Assembly (NCBI RefSeq): GCF_032062105.1
Contig: NW_026934169.1
Span: forward strand, 1 to 64,000
Direction: 5' to 3'
Length of the DNA stretch: 64,000 bases
Source: Saccostrea cucullata
Taxonomy: Eukaryota
The notes below the pieces were generated by a model, which saw nothing but the letters and a program-made list of their open reading frames with translations, had not been told where the DNA came from and searched no databases. The position numbers were made by a program, and so were the translations under genes. The stretch's first letter is position 1. Each line of letters begins with the position of its first letter. Below, piece after piece: positions 38,901-50,627 of the stretch.

Positions 38901-41900
38901 CATCAGGCATGGCCTATATAAGTCCTCTCCTACTGATGTACAATATAAGGTGTTCTCTGGTTCCCTTACTGTTGTCCCCTACTGATGTACAAAATAAGGT
39001 GTCTTCTGGTCCTCCTACATATGTAGAATTCAAGGTTCCCTCTGGTCCCCCCATGTACAATAGAAGGTGCCCTCTGGTCCCCCTACTGATGTACAATATA
39101 AGGTGACCTCTGGTCCCCCTTCTGATGTACAGTATAAGGTGACTTCTGGTCAACCTAATGATGTTTTATATAAGGTGACACACTGGTCCCCCTACTGATG
39201 TACAATATTAGGTGTCCTCTGGTCCTCCTACTGATGTACAATATAAGGTGTCTTCTGGTCCCCCTACATATGTATTATATAAGGTGACACACTGGTCCCC
39301 TTACTGATGTACAATATTAGGTGTCCTCTGGTCCTCCTACTGATGTACAATATATAAAGGTGTCCTCTGGTCCCCCTACTGATGTACAATTCAAGGTTCC
39401 CTCTGGTCCCCCTACTGATGTACAGTATAAGGTGCCCTCTGGTCCCCCTACTGATGTACAATATAAGGTGACCTCTGGTCCCCCTTCTGATGTCCCCTTC
39501 TGATGTACAGTATAAGGTGACTTCTGGTCAACCTAATGATGTTTTATATAAGGTGACACACTGGTCCCCCTACTGATGTACAATATTAGGTGTCCTCTGG
39601 TCCTCCTACTGATGTACAATATAAGGTGTCTTCTGGTCCCCCTACTGATGTACAATATAAGGTGACCTCTGGTCCCCCTACTATAGCTAATGTACAATAT
39701 AAGGTTGCCTCTGGTCCGCCAACTGATGTACAAAATAAGGTGACTCCTGGTCCCCCTATTGATACACAATATAATGTGACCTCTGGTCCCCATACTGATG
39801 TCCCCTACTGATGTACAAAAGAAGGTGTCTTCTGGTCCCCCTACATATGTAGAATTCAAGGTTCCCTCTGGTCCTCCTACTGATGTACAGTAGAAGGTGC
39901 CCTCTGGTCCCCCTACTGATGTACAATATAAGGTGACCTCTGGTCCCCCTACTGATGTCCCCTTCTGATGTACAGTATAAGGTGACTTCTGGTCAACCTA
40001 ATGATGTATTATATAAGGTGACACACTGGTCCCCTTACTGATGTACAATATTAGGTGTCCTCTGGTCCTCCTACTGATGTACAATATATAAAGGTGTCCT
40101 CTGGTCCCCCTACTGATGTACAATTTAAGGTGTCCTCTGGTCCGCCTACTGATGTACAATATAAGGTGGCCTCTGTATCCCCATATAATGTAGAACAGAA
40201 GATGACACCTGGTCTTATTAACTTTTTGTTACCTCTGGTATCAGCATAAAGATTATGGGAACAAGCAGAAGTCTTATATTGTACATCAATAAGAATTTCA
40301 TACTTCACAAATTATAGTATATGAATGATACAAAGGTAATCTTATGTTGTACATTGTTACGATGTTGCTGAAAGTTGTACGTAGTTTAAAATCATTTAAA
40401 TAAATAAATTTAAATAATTTAAAATCAGGGTATGTGTAGAATTATTTTTTAAATCCTCTCCAAAAAACAGTTGCGACACTAATTTTTTGAAAATTGGAAA
40501 AAGTGCACAATTTCTCCGAGTTCTCTAAATGTATGTAGGATTGGTCAACTTGCTTGTCTTTAAATACAGTATATGTATCCCGAAAAGAAATAACGATTGG
40601 TGCATTTTTAAATTTTTATTTCTTTTTTTTAATGTAGTTCATGAATTTGATGTGTTAATTCCAGGGAAAGGGGATGAGAACTCGATGCAGCCCAAAACTT
40701 CGAAATACAGGGGGTACATCTTCTTTGTAAAATAAATAAAATCAGAGGTTTACTAAAAAATGTTAAAGTGATGAGGTCACCCATTTAATCATGATCTCAT
40801 AAGGAAGAAGAAGGAGACATTAAATAATTTAACAAATAATTATTCCATTATGTTGAAGGATCGGTGAAAAGTCCGAGCGAAATTAAGAGGTACGGGGTGG
40901 TAAGGGAAAACATCTTCCTCCTCCCCCTACTTGTTAGAGATCTGCGAATTCAGAGACTTGATGTCGTTTACTCTGAGTCGCATACCATTAGTAAGAAGAT
41001 CAGAGGTTAGGCACTGTGTTGTATAGATACTATAACCTTACATGGAATAAAATCATAGGGGAGACCACAGGTCACCTAACGTAAATCATAAATGTTAAAC
41101 GCTTATATATCATATAAAATTGCAGTTAATGTTGCTCAGCACCCACCCTCCACCCCCTCTATCTTTTCTAATACCCATCAGATGGTTATTCCTTTTAAAA
41201 AGTTGTTTGTTTTACACTGTAAAGGTTTCACAGTATTACGATTTATTCTATTTTCACTTTACGTATGCAACGCACTACATTTTGTAGCGGAGTAAACAGG
41301 CCCGATAGTCGTGAACTAGCAGGGGACCTAAGGTCCTAGTTCAGCGTACGTTTTATCCTTCTGCTTATGACATAACGCGTCTAAGTATCATTAGGACGTT
41401 AACCTGTATTCTCATCTGCCATGTGTTTAACTTCCTTGTTCAAGCAATAATAAAAACGTTATGGAGGAATTTCAGGTGAGTTTTAATGAAGTTTACTTCA
41501 CCATAATATATTCGCAAAAAAATATTTAAGTTAATAATTTTTTTTAATTAAAGATAGATATATCCGAATGAGAAAAAAAATATGTGAGAAACTTGTTGGA
41601 CCACTATACTGTCATGTTGATTGGATATCGGTACATGCAAATGCGACTTTTTCGATCGCATGCATGCATGCAGGTGTGGATTTATTTAACTTTTTTTTTT
41701 TACTTCAAATGAGAATTGTTGTATTTATATTTCAAAAAATTATACATATTATATAATCTTTGCATTTTCATTACATTATATCGAAGTGGTGCACAGGATT
41801 GATTGCCTTCATCACAAGCTCTGCGTAAGCATAATTTACGCAGAGCTCCTGGTTTTGTCAATCGAGTGATTTCTATTGACTTGTTTGATAAAATTGCGAA

Positions 41901-44752
41901 CTCCTGTGGCTATGCTTTAATAATGTGGAATATAAAGGGATGTATGAAATTCATAATATTTGATTTCGACAGGATAAAAACGATCTTAATAACTTTTGTT
42001 GCCAAGCTGTTGCTAATGTAAACAAAGGGGCTTCACTCTAAATTTCTTCAGAAATGAAATTCTTTCGAGAATTTATTTAATGCAGTTACAATATGTCAAC
42101 AAAATGCTAATCTGTTGTGTGTGTGAATATAGATAAATTTACAATCATTAATAAGCAAAATTGTACTATTCATGACACGATAAAGAAAAACATAATGTAC
42201 AACCTGTGTGACTTGACCGATTTAAATTTAAAACTCAGGAATGAATGGCCGAGGATACGGACCTTTAGATCCATTTTCTAAGCCTTATACTAAAGTTCAC
42301 TTTACTTTTGATTTTTCTCAGCAAATGTTTTAAAACTCAGGAATGAATGGCCGAGGATACGGACCTTTAGATCCATTTTCTAAGCCTTATACTAAAGTTC
42401 ACTTTACTTTTGATTTTTCTCAGCAAATTTTTTTGCCTCATCACTCCAGACAAATGGGCCCACTTTACTTCCTGGTTCCTCGCAAAATTCAACTTTTCGG
42501 AGTGAGAGTAGATGGACTTCCGAGGCAGTATAACTACCTGGTCGACGAAAACGAAACTGTAGGTATGCAACTATTTTTGCAGACCAAAATATGTACATGG
42601 ACGTTTACCCTGCAATGAAAAAATGTAAATTAATGAAACTGAATTACACTTTCAGGGGAAAATGGATCGAAGACACATGGACTAAATGCTGTAATATCAA
42701 TGCTACATCACTGCTTACACAACTTTGGATTAGGTGAAAACGAGTGCATTGTTCATGCGGACAATTGTGCAGGTAATTCTGTTCTTAATCTTTCAGTTCA
42801 TACCGGTATCCGATCATAAAGATTTTTCTTTAAAAATAATATTGATTTTAATTGTAGCATAAGATCAAAATAAAAATCGATATTTGTTGGCATACTTCTG
42901 CTGGAGAATGTGAACTATATTCAGAATTATTTTTAATAATTTCATAACATAACTCAAAAATCTTTTATGATGCTTAGTGGATTCAAATTTTGCACATATT
43001 AAACGCATCCACAAGAGAAGTGATTGCAACTCCCTCGAACAGATCTATCGTTGTCCAACAATGCGGTTTTATATGCTGAGGAGGAATCTTTGATGTGGTC
43101 GGGTTGGGTGCAGTTCTTCTCCGAGCACTTTGTTTCACTCAATGATTTGCGCTGATTCCAAATCTTTCGATTTTGCCATGACAGTCCAGGGTATGTACTT
43201 TGCAAAAAGTCTAGTGATGGTGAGGAGATTCCTGTGAGACTTTTGAAGTTTGATGTAAGGCATTTTGCTCATGATGCACGACCTCCAGAGATTTCACCAG
43301 GAGGTCTGACACGAGAAAGGCAGGCATACCTTTATAGCCGGATCCGACCTTTCGTAACCAATCCTTGGAAAGATGTGACCTGTCCCACGATTAAGAACGA
43401 AAAATGGCAGTTCAAAATTACTTCTTTTGATTAAAACCTGTGCGATACAATATTAACCTTTAAAAGGATCTTTTATTATGAAATGTTAACTTACATGTGA
43501 TATTAAATATCGTGATTTGTACATGTATACGATTACCAAATACAGTAGTTTAAATCTCTTATGCATCTGATCGTATCTCTAGAATTTCCCTGTTTTTACC
43601 TTCCTTAAATATTTTGTTGTTTTAAAATTTTCGACACCGAACACTGTTCCTTATTTTCACCTTTTAAGGCTTTTATACCTTCCAAATATGTAATAATATG
43701 TAGTTTATATTTCATTTACATACTTGTGTATAATAATATACATACCAGTGATAAGAGCCACGTCGTTTAAACTGTAAACGCTGTCTTTTATCTTCTCCAT
43801 TTTACATCCACAAGACCTTTCACATGACGTCATATCCGGATTCTTATACAGCTCTTCGAACACCTCTCCCTTAAGGGTCTTCATAAAGCAGTGGGAATTT
43901 GGATGATTATGTATTTGGCTTTTCTGACCGGAATTCCAGCATAATATCAGCAAGTTGTAATGTCCATTCCCGTTGTCTAATAAGGTACGGGTATATCTAA
44001 ACAAAAAAAACTCGCAATACGGCTATAGAAAAAACGGAAACTTTGTCAAATTAATCAGTAAATATATTTATCATCCACAACTCAAAATCAATTTCTGAAG
44101 GGAGTTTTTTTTTTAAATCTAAATTTTGTTATAACACAGCAGAGACATCTGGGTTTTTTTTAACTAGATATTTTTTCTCGAACCAAATATGCGTAGAAAT
44201 CTGGATATCTCCACCAGCGTTGGGTGGAATGATTTATCTGTATAATTACATTTAAAAAAAAAAATCTTTAAAAGTATTCTAGAAACGTAATTCTAACTAA
44301 AAAAGATAATCTGTTCTATGACATGTACAGTAATGTTTCAGACAGAGAACGCATTTGATAACCCACACAACGTAAGAATTAAATGTGTACAAAATGCGTT
44401 ATGTCCCAGGCCTTTTTTAATTTTAGATTTATGTTGCGATTTAATAAATTAACTCGAGCTCATTTAATAGAAAATTGGAAGTTCAAAATTGAAACGGAAT
44501 ACAATGTGTGTCTAATTAACTATTACCACCCCTTATTTATTTATATAAAAAAACCATGCTTTTTATGAAAATAACTCATACAGCCATAACGTACTTGTCC
44601 TTGCTCCAGATTTCCATTCCCTCCCAGTCCCCTGGGTGACTTTTGTACTTGGACAGTAGCTGCTTTACCATTTCTACGGACTCTTTCTGAAATCCGTTCG
44701 CCAACTCTTTACAAAGATCAGATCGTAAAGCTTTCAAGTCGTATCGCGCCAT
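33561..44752 (-). CDS. CDO1: Cysteine dioxygenase, tandem copy B (199 aa)
   Basis: Exons 44752-44595, 43996-43746, 33751-33561 (600 nt, GT-AG, same phases as copy A). Motifs YTRTLLD, HNHPNSHCFMK, GLHRVGN, TLHLYSPPF. C-terminus QQCCASSCCGE. Confidence 0.93.
34420..37085 (-). repeat. 36-bp minisatellite, left arm of the foldback element
   Basis: Unit ggggaccagaggtcaccttatattgtacatcagtag and variants. Confidence 0.92.
35581..35967 (-). mobile_element. Short LINE 3' fragment inserted in the left arm
   Basis: (TAA)n tail on the minus strand followed by tttatagagcgcc...ctctaaagcgctgtaca (L2-like 3' end). It interrupts a unit between gaggac and gacacctt. Confidence 0.55.
37120..37548 (+). mobile_element. 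HINE/Helitron 3' fragment in the spacer between the foldback arms
   Basis: aaaattgtgaaat...atgacccc units ending gacctataagacccataggcctcttgt, the reverse complement of the terminus at 62925. Confidence 0.6.
37715..40200 (+). repeat. 36-bp minisatellite, right arm of the foldback element (inverted relative to the left arm)
   Basis: Unit gtgacctctggtccccctactgatgtacaatataag and variants. Confidence 0.92.
42227..43434 (+). pseudogene. Intron-containing Sola-type DDD transposase remnant
   Basis: HFTFDFSQQIFLPHHSRQMGPLYFLVPRKIQLFGV...YNYLVDE, spliced exon 42656-42772 ...NAVISMLHH...HADNCA, then QNKNRYLLAYFCWR, and C-terminal GLTRERQAYLYSRIRPFV...KDVTCP. Deletions, stops and a 102-bp-period duplication (42227-42326 / 42329-42428). 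Superfamily assigned from motif memory. Confidence 0.75.
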
Positions 44753-44835
44753 TATTTGAGGTATTTGTTGAAGTGGAAATTTAACTGCCTACAATGAATT
44801 TCTGTATGCAATAAAGGTATTAACGAGATGTTCCG

Positions 44836-44846
44836 ATCCTTATATA
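44836..44846 (-). promoter_or_regulatory. TATA box of CDO copy B
   Basis: Minus strand TATATAAGGAT about 90 nt upstream of the ATG, shared with copy A. Confidence 0.6.
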
Positions 44847-46543
44847 TGCACAGAGGTATTTTATTAATTTTTTTTTCTTCGAAATCACCTGATGGTATGT
44901 TTTTCTGTAAGTTTCACAACGGGTCATATTAAAAGGAAAATAACTTTTATGACATGGCAACAAGATTAAAATCTTACAATAAGAACATAAATGTCAAATA
45001 CTTGTGTACTTCAGTAAGTTTGATTTCCTTGATTTGATAATTTAATCATAATATTGTTTTTGAAAAGCAGTAAAGCCAGATAGAGAAAAGGAAATAATAA
45101 AAACTTAGACATGACAAAATGTAAGTTAAGGAGACAGAAATAATTAAGTGTTCTAGTTCATGTTTCGGAAGTTGGGAGTTGGGCTTATTATTTTTAAATA
45201 TTTTTTTCTTCAAGCATCAAAATATTATCCTAGTTTGGTTATACTGTAACGAACAATAGGGAAACAGCTTTTCGTTGATCTTTTTCTTTTGTAACAAGAT
45301 GTGTTTGTGATGCGCCCGGCGGCAACAAAGTTCTACAGTCTATTTTAAGCTTATAGGCCACAGCCAAGGTCACTGACTTTGGTGTCATTTGAAGGAACTT
45401 AATTAGTGTAATATGTATACCAAATATGAAGTCTCTATATTTAATATTTCAAAATATATATTGTGAAAGTTTGTCTATCTGTCTGTTGTTAACTTTAACC
45501 TTCGCCACAACTTTTGATCCATTAAAATGGAGACTACATATTTGGTATGCTTACTCCATTATATGACATTTCCTTTATGTGCACCTTGAATTAAAAAGAC
45601 CTTACACTTAATTAACCTTGCTAATTCCCTCAATTATATACATTAATAGTAAACACTGTAATTAGTAAAAAAGAGAAACCTGAATTACTTAAATTACTGA
45701 AATATATACATGTATCATTGTTTTTAATTATTGTTTAATTCAATATACTCGAAGTTTCATGGTATACAAGTTTATATTATTGACCTTTGACATTTCATTT
45801 AAAAACATTAATTGACACTGGAAGTTTTTACTCATAAAATAAACAGCTAAATATCTTCTCATTTTAAAAATATATAGAACAAATATATTTGCAGGTTTAT
45901 ATGTAAGTACATTTGTAAAGGGGGTTTTGACCACAGAATTTCAGTTATATTCAGTTCAAATTATTATGATCGGGATGAAATTAATTTTTCATTGAATGTA
46001 ATGAATACAGTGTTGTCAGCAAACGCAGTACATGTATACTAAAAGTTCCGCTTTTTGAACACAAAGAGTTTAGCTTTAGAAACAAAACACTTACTAGTCA
46101 CCTGACAGAAACAACTGGTAAAAGTATACGCTTGGGTTTTTTTTAATTATGGAAATTTATTTTCATATGACCTGAATGCTTTTGTGAGACAGTAAACTGT
46201 TATATTACGTTTTTGAATAAGTTTTCCTATTATATCACAAATGTAATAAGTTTCGCTATAAACCCTGAAAAATGCCGAGTCACACCGGAAACAGTTATGT
46301 CCGGCCGGAAACAGTTATGTCAACCCTCGCCGGAAACAGTTATGTCATCCTTTCGATCACGTTCACGTGTTGTTACCTTACGCATTTTAGCTCGGGTTCG
46401 AGATGTTATGACGTCGGTTGCTAAGCAAATGTAAACAATGGAGCGTTATTCTTAACGTCAAGAAAGCATTTCTGGATTATTTGTGAAAATTTAAACGATT
46501 TTAAATGATTTTATTTTTTTTTTTTTTAGTTTTAAAAATGTCA

Positions 46544-46732
46544 TATAACATATACCACATAGCTTCTCGGGCGACTATACCAGAATATTTGCCCCTCGTT
46601 GACAGGAAAGACCTGGAGTGTTATGTCACCCGATGCCTTCGGCATCGGGTGACATAACACTCCAGGGCTTTCCTGTCAACGAGGGGCAAATATTCTGGTA
46701 TGTCACCCTCGAAGCCATGTGATATATGTATA
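46544..46732. repeat. Long near-perfect palindrome, probably the terminus of a non-autonomous element starting near 46200
   Basis: Arms 46577-46637 and 46641-46701 (61 bp, one mismatch) around a TTC loop, with imperfect extension outward. ccggaaacagttatgtc x3 at about 46284-46347. Confidence 0.85.
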
Positions 46733-49700
46733 ATATTACTTGTTAAATGTATCTTTGCATTATAGACTTAGATCGTCAAATTCAAACTCATGACACAAGA
46801 CAGCCATATCATTTTCAATAGTTTTCTAATCTTGAAGACATTCTAAAAAATTCTAGGTTATTAAATCTGTTGTTTCAAAACGTATTATGTTTCATTCAAA
46901 TGTTAAATAATATTTTATTCCTGTTTATTTAATATAAGTAACGACTTTGAATGTTTGTATTCCGTCCTCATTAAATGCATAATGGTTCTATTTAGGGTAA
47001 TATTAGTTAGAGTAATATGAGCTGCAACTTTAATTTGATGTCGGAATTTTTTGTTGTTGCAAAATTGTAAGTATTTCAAAAACAGAGATAAAGAATATTT
47101 ATTATCCAGTGTTGTTCATATTTGTGAAGTTTTAATAAACCATAGTTGAAACAAAATTGAAATATTTTCGTCCTGTACAATATTGATTTCTTAATTAAAC
47201 AATGCTACATAACTGATCGTACAGAAGGCTTTCTTCTGAAACAGTTAAATACTTAATTTTAGTCTTAATAAATAAAAAAATTTAATTTACATTAAAAAAA
47301 ATCAGAATACATAAAACAGAATAAAATGCAGGTCATATTGTTTATATAAATATTTGCTCAAGTGTTACAGACTCAAGGGGGTTACTCTCCCAGAAGTATA
47401 TAGAAGAAGACGACGGGATACATAAAGATATAACAAAGAACACCTGTCTGATTCATGTACTTGTGTTCAACTTTTGATGAAATTTTCCGCGATTGCTCTT
47501 ATTTATTTTGTGTTTTAACCGATTGTGAATGTACAAAATTCAAAAATTGAGCGATAACATTTTCATATCGAAAGACTCAATCTGCTTTCGGCCTCTTACA
47601 TGTTGCAGTTAAAATGTAGTTGGAACTTTATTTGCATAACATGTCTTAAAAATATTGAATTGATATCATCCACATTTACTACGCATATATTTATCAAAGA
47701 GTATAGTTTCTTTTTTGAAATATGAATTCAAAACAGCCTTTGATAACAGCTTCTTTTTTACTTCAAAGCAACCGTATATATCAGAATTTCAAAAAAATGT
47801 TATTATAAGAAGCGAAGCAGTATTTTAGGTTCTCTTCTAATTTTAATCTATGTGAATGATGGCTTCCAGTATTTATCCTGGTTGCAAACATATTTAATAT
47901 GCTAATAAAAATGCAATTTTATTCTTTCATAAAAATGCAGATTATATTTCAGAGAAACTTTGTACTCTTTTAAACAATGTTGAAATGGGTTTGTTGCTTT
48001 TAAGATTATAATTCACGACACCTGTTTGCATTAACAAACTTACACATGTTTAAGATTTTCATACTGAGTGTAAGGGTCATACAAATCATTTTATGGAAAA
48101 GGTTAAGGTATTCAATAAATAACAACCATATTTTGTACCTAATAGATGAATTGTCATATATCTTTTGACTATGGTAGCATTTTGAAGATTTATCTCAAAA
48201 AAGGCTCCACCAAAAGAATTTGCAAAATTTTTGTCAACTTAAATGCACCTTGAATTTTATTTTTAAGTCGATGGGCAGCACATGCTATTTAAATATATTG
48301 TAAAAAGTAATTTGATTTTCAAACAAATCTAAAAGAAATTAAAATTTCTCGCGTTACGAAGTATAGCGAGAAATAATTGTCCTAACGACATGTAAACAAA
48401 TTGTTTGAGTCGGAACGGAAGTCTTATACCCGGTAATTGTGTACTGAGTAATGGCCAATGAAAATTGGTTTTAAGTTATGACGTGTTCGAATGGGTTAAA
48501 GAGAACTCTAGAATTCATTCTCTCGCACGCTCTACCCGAGCAAGTCAAAGTTTTGTAAGACGGACGCTATAGTATGCCCCTCGGGTTACATAATTTCCGT
48601 TCTTTGAATCTAACTAGCGAATTCCAAGAACACGATACTAGCATTCTGAAACATAGCAGCACGAATAAATTAAATCCTCATTAAAAGAAGACAGGAGTTT
48701 CAGGGATGCTGCTAATGAGTTGGAAGATCTTGGTAACCAAATGGAAATGTCGTCATTCATACATAAGAAATAAATCACTGACAGCCAATACTTGAGTGGA
48801 CACAAACAAGATAGTTGCAGGAGGTAAATAGTATGATAGCCATAATTTGTTCAGGTAAGCTCTCGGTTGACCTAAAATTGCGTGATTCTCGCTGAAAGTT
48901 GAAAAGATAAACAACACGTAGTTTAAAGATATGTATGCCGTGTTAAACAGTATTTTTGCACAGCTGAAAGCGAACAAAAGTTTCTGAACTATGATGAGCT
49001 ATCAAAAATGAATCTTTCTTGCAAATTCGACGAAATATTATTCGGTATGAACAAAGTACTGGTCGGGAAAAGAACACGATATTCTCGTGCATATTTATAA
49101 AGGACTGACCGTTTATCCTGGATCTGCGCATGTGCGCGGGAAAAGAATCGTGAGAATCATCAGGTCGAGGAAAATATTTTTCGTGACGTCTGTTCAGTGA
49201 TGAACCAGTATGACTGACAAATATACCAATCAGCTCAATGAGTTGCATTTAGTGCATTTATGGGTTACTACATAAAATACTACATGTGTTTTTCGAAAAG
49301 GCCAGTTTTTCAAATCGCTCTCGGAAAGACTTGATGCATTTTCCCAAGTATTTACACGCTTAATGCATTATGTACATTTATTATCTACTAATCCCAAGTT
49401 TTCCCCACTCCATTGTACAGGTCCGTTTGTTTAAAGTTTCTCCGTGCTGTACTGCTAGTGAAAAGACAATTGCACGTGATTATTCCTCGGTACAGAAAGC
49501 AACCAACTCTGAGGTGTGCTCACGTATTGACAATCCCTATCTCACGTGTTTGTAGTAAAAGTGTAGTAGACCATCATGCTTTTCGGTTCATTCACGAGAT
49601 TGGACCATTGTTTGCTGTGAGCATGCGAAACCACGTGATCACGAATATTTCAATAAGAGGCGGTTTATTATCCGAATCGGAGAGAAAATAACTTTTACCA

Positions 49701-50627
49701 ATTAATATTTCAAACTTTTATATATAACTTTTAAAAGTGATGGCGTGGAATTGTCTTATTTGCAGAAAGTATATAACTTGACGAGACACCATATATATTT
49801 ATTTCTTTTAAAATAAAACACTAATACCGCATATATATCTATAATGCTTTTCAACGATGAAGTCTCGACATAATAATAGTCCATTAACTAAAAATAATAA
49901 AAAGGTTGCTTACGTTAATGTGCAAGCCTGTCTCTAGTACAAGGGTGGTTGAATATTCGCCCTTTGGTTCAGGACATCTTATAATTTTAAATGAATAAAC
50001 AGAACAGACATATGGGGGCTGCATATTCTTCGATGAAAAAAGCTTACTTGGTTCTCGTAAGCGTAATACGAGCAGTCTTTAAAATAACCATTCATGGTGA
50101 CGCTATTTATTTCGAAAAATGTAATGAAATAATAAAACGACAAATTTTAGGAGTGAAAATGACAAATTGGATTTCAATTACAAGTAGCATTATATCTTCG
50201 ATTATCCTGAAGGTTTCATGAAATGCTAAGAAATATAAATTTTACAAAGCCCTTTAAATGTTCTTTTAAAATATACATATCGTAAATTCATCAGAAAATA
50301 CATCCAAAAGATTGAGCAAGAAATAGTTAATAAAAATAAAATCACAGCATGTAATGTTTTGTGTAGTCAGTCTATGTATTTTTTACAAGTTGTAATGTAC
50401 AGGTATTCCTTACTCTACTCTTTCCGAGTTTGCCTCAATTTTTTTTTTCTAAAACCTACAATAGGATGTCATGTATAGCTACAATAATATTTCATTCCAA
50501 GAACATATTTCAAAACGGATCTTCACTTTGTTATAAATTAAACTTAAAAAAATGTCGGTTGATATGTTAAATATTTGAAATACAACTATTCAGTAACCCT
50601 CCAAAACTGTTCGATGTCAGCCCAGCA

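Larger units (their letters stand above)
34145..41364. mobile_element. 7.2-kb non-autonomous foldback DNA transposon (Mutator-like by TSD length)
   Basis: 43-bp TIRs at 34145-34187 and 41322-41364 (40/43). Exact 9-bp TSD TTATGACAT at 34136-34144 and 41365-41373. Interior is two oppositely oriented 36-bp arrays. Confidence 0.9.

Noticed and set aside
34398-40308. Repeat-protein ORFs (TSGPPTDVQYKV)n and (ISRGTRGHLILY)n
   Set aside because: By-product of a 36-bp unit that is open in several frames on both strands; frequent indels; lies inside a TIR/TSD-bounded element within an intron.
48570-48775. Possible coding fragment with a BH3-like LEDLGNQM
   Set aside because: Short, bounded by stops, no convincing splice sites or partner exons.
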